Below, one piece after another: positions 62,651 to 64,000 of a DNA stretch of 64,000 bases. A program made the translations under genes and the position numbers. Numbering within the stretch: position 1 is the stretch's first letter; each line of letters starts with the position of its first letter. The notes under the pieces are model-generated. The model was not told the DNA's origin, made no database searches, and saw only the letters and a list, made by a program, of their open reading frames with translations. The stretch is from Toensbergia leucococca (taxonomy: Eukaryota), in NCBI GenBank assembly GCA_022813965.1, contig JALDZS010000002.1:124001-188000 (forward strand), in the 5' to 3' direction.

Positions 62651-63214
62651 ACGTGTAAGCATTGAGTATAATTGAGGGGTGGATGATATCAAAACCAGAG
62701 ATCAATTGAACCTGCGTTAGTACTGCATGATGTAATAAGGTACGGTAGTGTGACTATACTCTTAGGTGTATCGAGTGTTGGACAAGAGAATTTAGCAAGA
62801 CCATTTATGTAGCAATAGTAAACATGCGCCGAGTCTTGTCAATCGGTCTTTCCCAGACCTAGAGATCGCGGTATCTCTACCATTACCCCTAAGATGCGTC
62901 AACGAGCATCTTGGCTGGAAGTGTCGTCAGTAAGTCAAGGTATTGATCATCCACGTGGGGTAGTGGGGCGAGCGCCACAGATACTGCCGATCATTGTGGC
63001 TGAGCGCAAAACCGGAATTCGAATAGCTCGTTCTCCCGCACCAGGAACAGTCTCCCCACGCAATTCCTACAGTCATTCATTGTCTATCTATTTCATTTCT
63101 CTCTTGTGTATCTGTTCTCCCTTCTACCTCAAAGAAGACTATGCTACATTGAAAACTCTTGCCATCGACTCCTCATCTCAATTTCTGTTTCTCAACGCTG
63201 TTTACAGCATTTGC

Positions 63215-63973
63215 ATGATCACTATGCTCGTGCCTGCCTTTGTCGTCCTTGGTCTCGTATCTTCCTCAATCGGTGTTCCAGACCGGGTCGAGAAGAGGCA
63301 AGATTACTCTGAGCTCATAACACTGTGGGTATCCTATTCGACTGCTCAAGCTACAATCTGAACTCATTTACTTAGCGCCTCAATTGCCGGTATAACTCTA
63401 CCAACGGATCCTGCAGTCCTCCTCAGCTTAGGCCCTTTTGCGAACAATCTAGCCAGTGCTCTCCCCACATCCTCCGTTCTCTCAGTCCTCGAGACCGCTG
63501 CCCCAAAGTCGTTCATCAGCGGCGTCCTCTATGATCCTTCCTACGCAAGTTCCTTTGAATCTGCCTTTGCCGCTGGCTCTTCGCCGAGTTGGTTCAACGC
63601 ATTGCCAACCGATGTCAAGTCATATCTACATACATATTCCAATTATGGGGCAATTGCGACAGCTGCGGCTGCAATCGAGTCTGCCACGAACAACGCAACG
63701 GTAGGAGCAACAGGCTCGGCAAACATGACTGAATCGTCCACCTCACAAAATACTGCTGCTACTTCCTCGTCGTCAAGTATAGCAGCATCGCCAATGACAA
63801 CGACGGGAAGCTCAACAACAAGCGCGTCTTCATCCAGTGGATCATCGACAAGCGGGAGTTCTTCGGCTTCGCCTGCAACTGATTCGAATAGCGGTGCTTC
63901 TCATCACACCGGAGCCATTGTCGCAGGTCTTACCAGTTTAGTTGGAGTTCTTGCTTTAATAGCCGCTCTATAG
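63215..63973 (+). CDS. Secreted Ser/Thr-rich, probably GPI-anchored cell-wall protein, 2 exons
   Basis: Signal peptide MLVPAFVVLGLVSSSIG, Kex2-like EKRQ, intron 63325-63375, PSWFNALPTDVKSY motif, S/T tract, hydrophobic tail IVAGLTSLVGVLALIAAL*. Confidence 0.88.
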
Positions 63974-64000
63974 CCAAAGCCATTCATGTCGAAAGCATCA

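Overview
Gene-dense window of a filamentous ascomycete (Pezizomycotina) nuclear genome, with short GT-AG introns and CTRAC/CTRAY branch sites. Recognisable genes: NAR1, a kynurenine formamidase (BNA7-like), eIF3h, a GH13 alpha-glucosidase, an Nrg1-like and a second C2H2 zinc-finger gene, three spliceosome genes (CLF1, PRP31, PRP5), a kelch-like single-pass membrane protein, a Pth11-like membrane protein, a small SVIP-like protein, a mitochondrial-type HMG-box protein, a Zn2Cys6 factor, an aldo-keto reductase and several secreted/GPI-type or small proteins. Between them lie gene relics: an F-box-like pseudogene, an isolated gamma-COP (SEC21) fragment next to a direct repeat, and an apparently intronless decayed copy of a neighbouring small gene. 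Most notable unexplained signals: a 3 x 81-bp non-coding tandem repeat between the TATA-like box and ATG of a small Cys/His protein gene, a PTS2-like N-terminal extension on the aldo-keto reductase, the 9-mer TACTCCGTA recurring in promoter regions, and a repeated sense-strand C-rich to G-rich switch within genes. I found no tRNA, rRNA, CRISPR array or intact transposon, and no single clearly novel multi-gene system. All calls were made by eye, without database searches, and exon boundaries are predictions.
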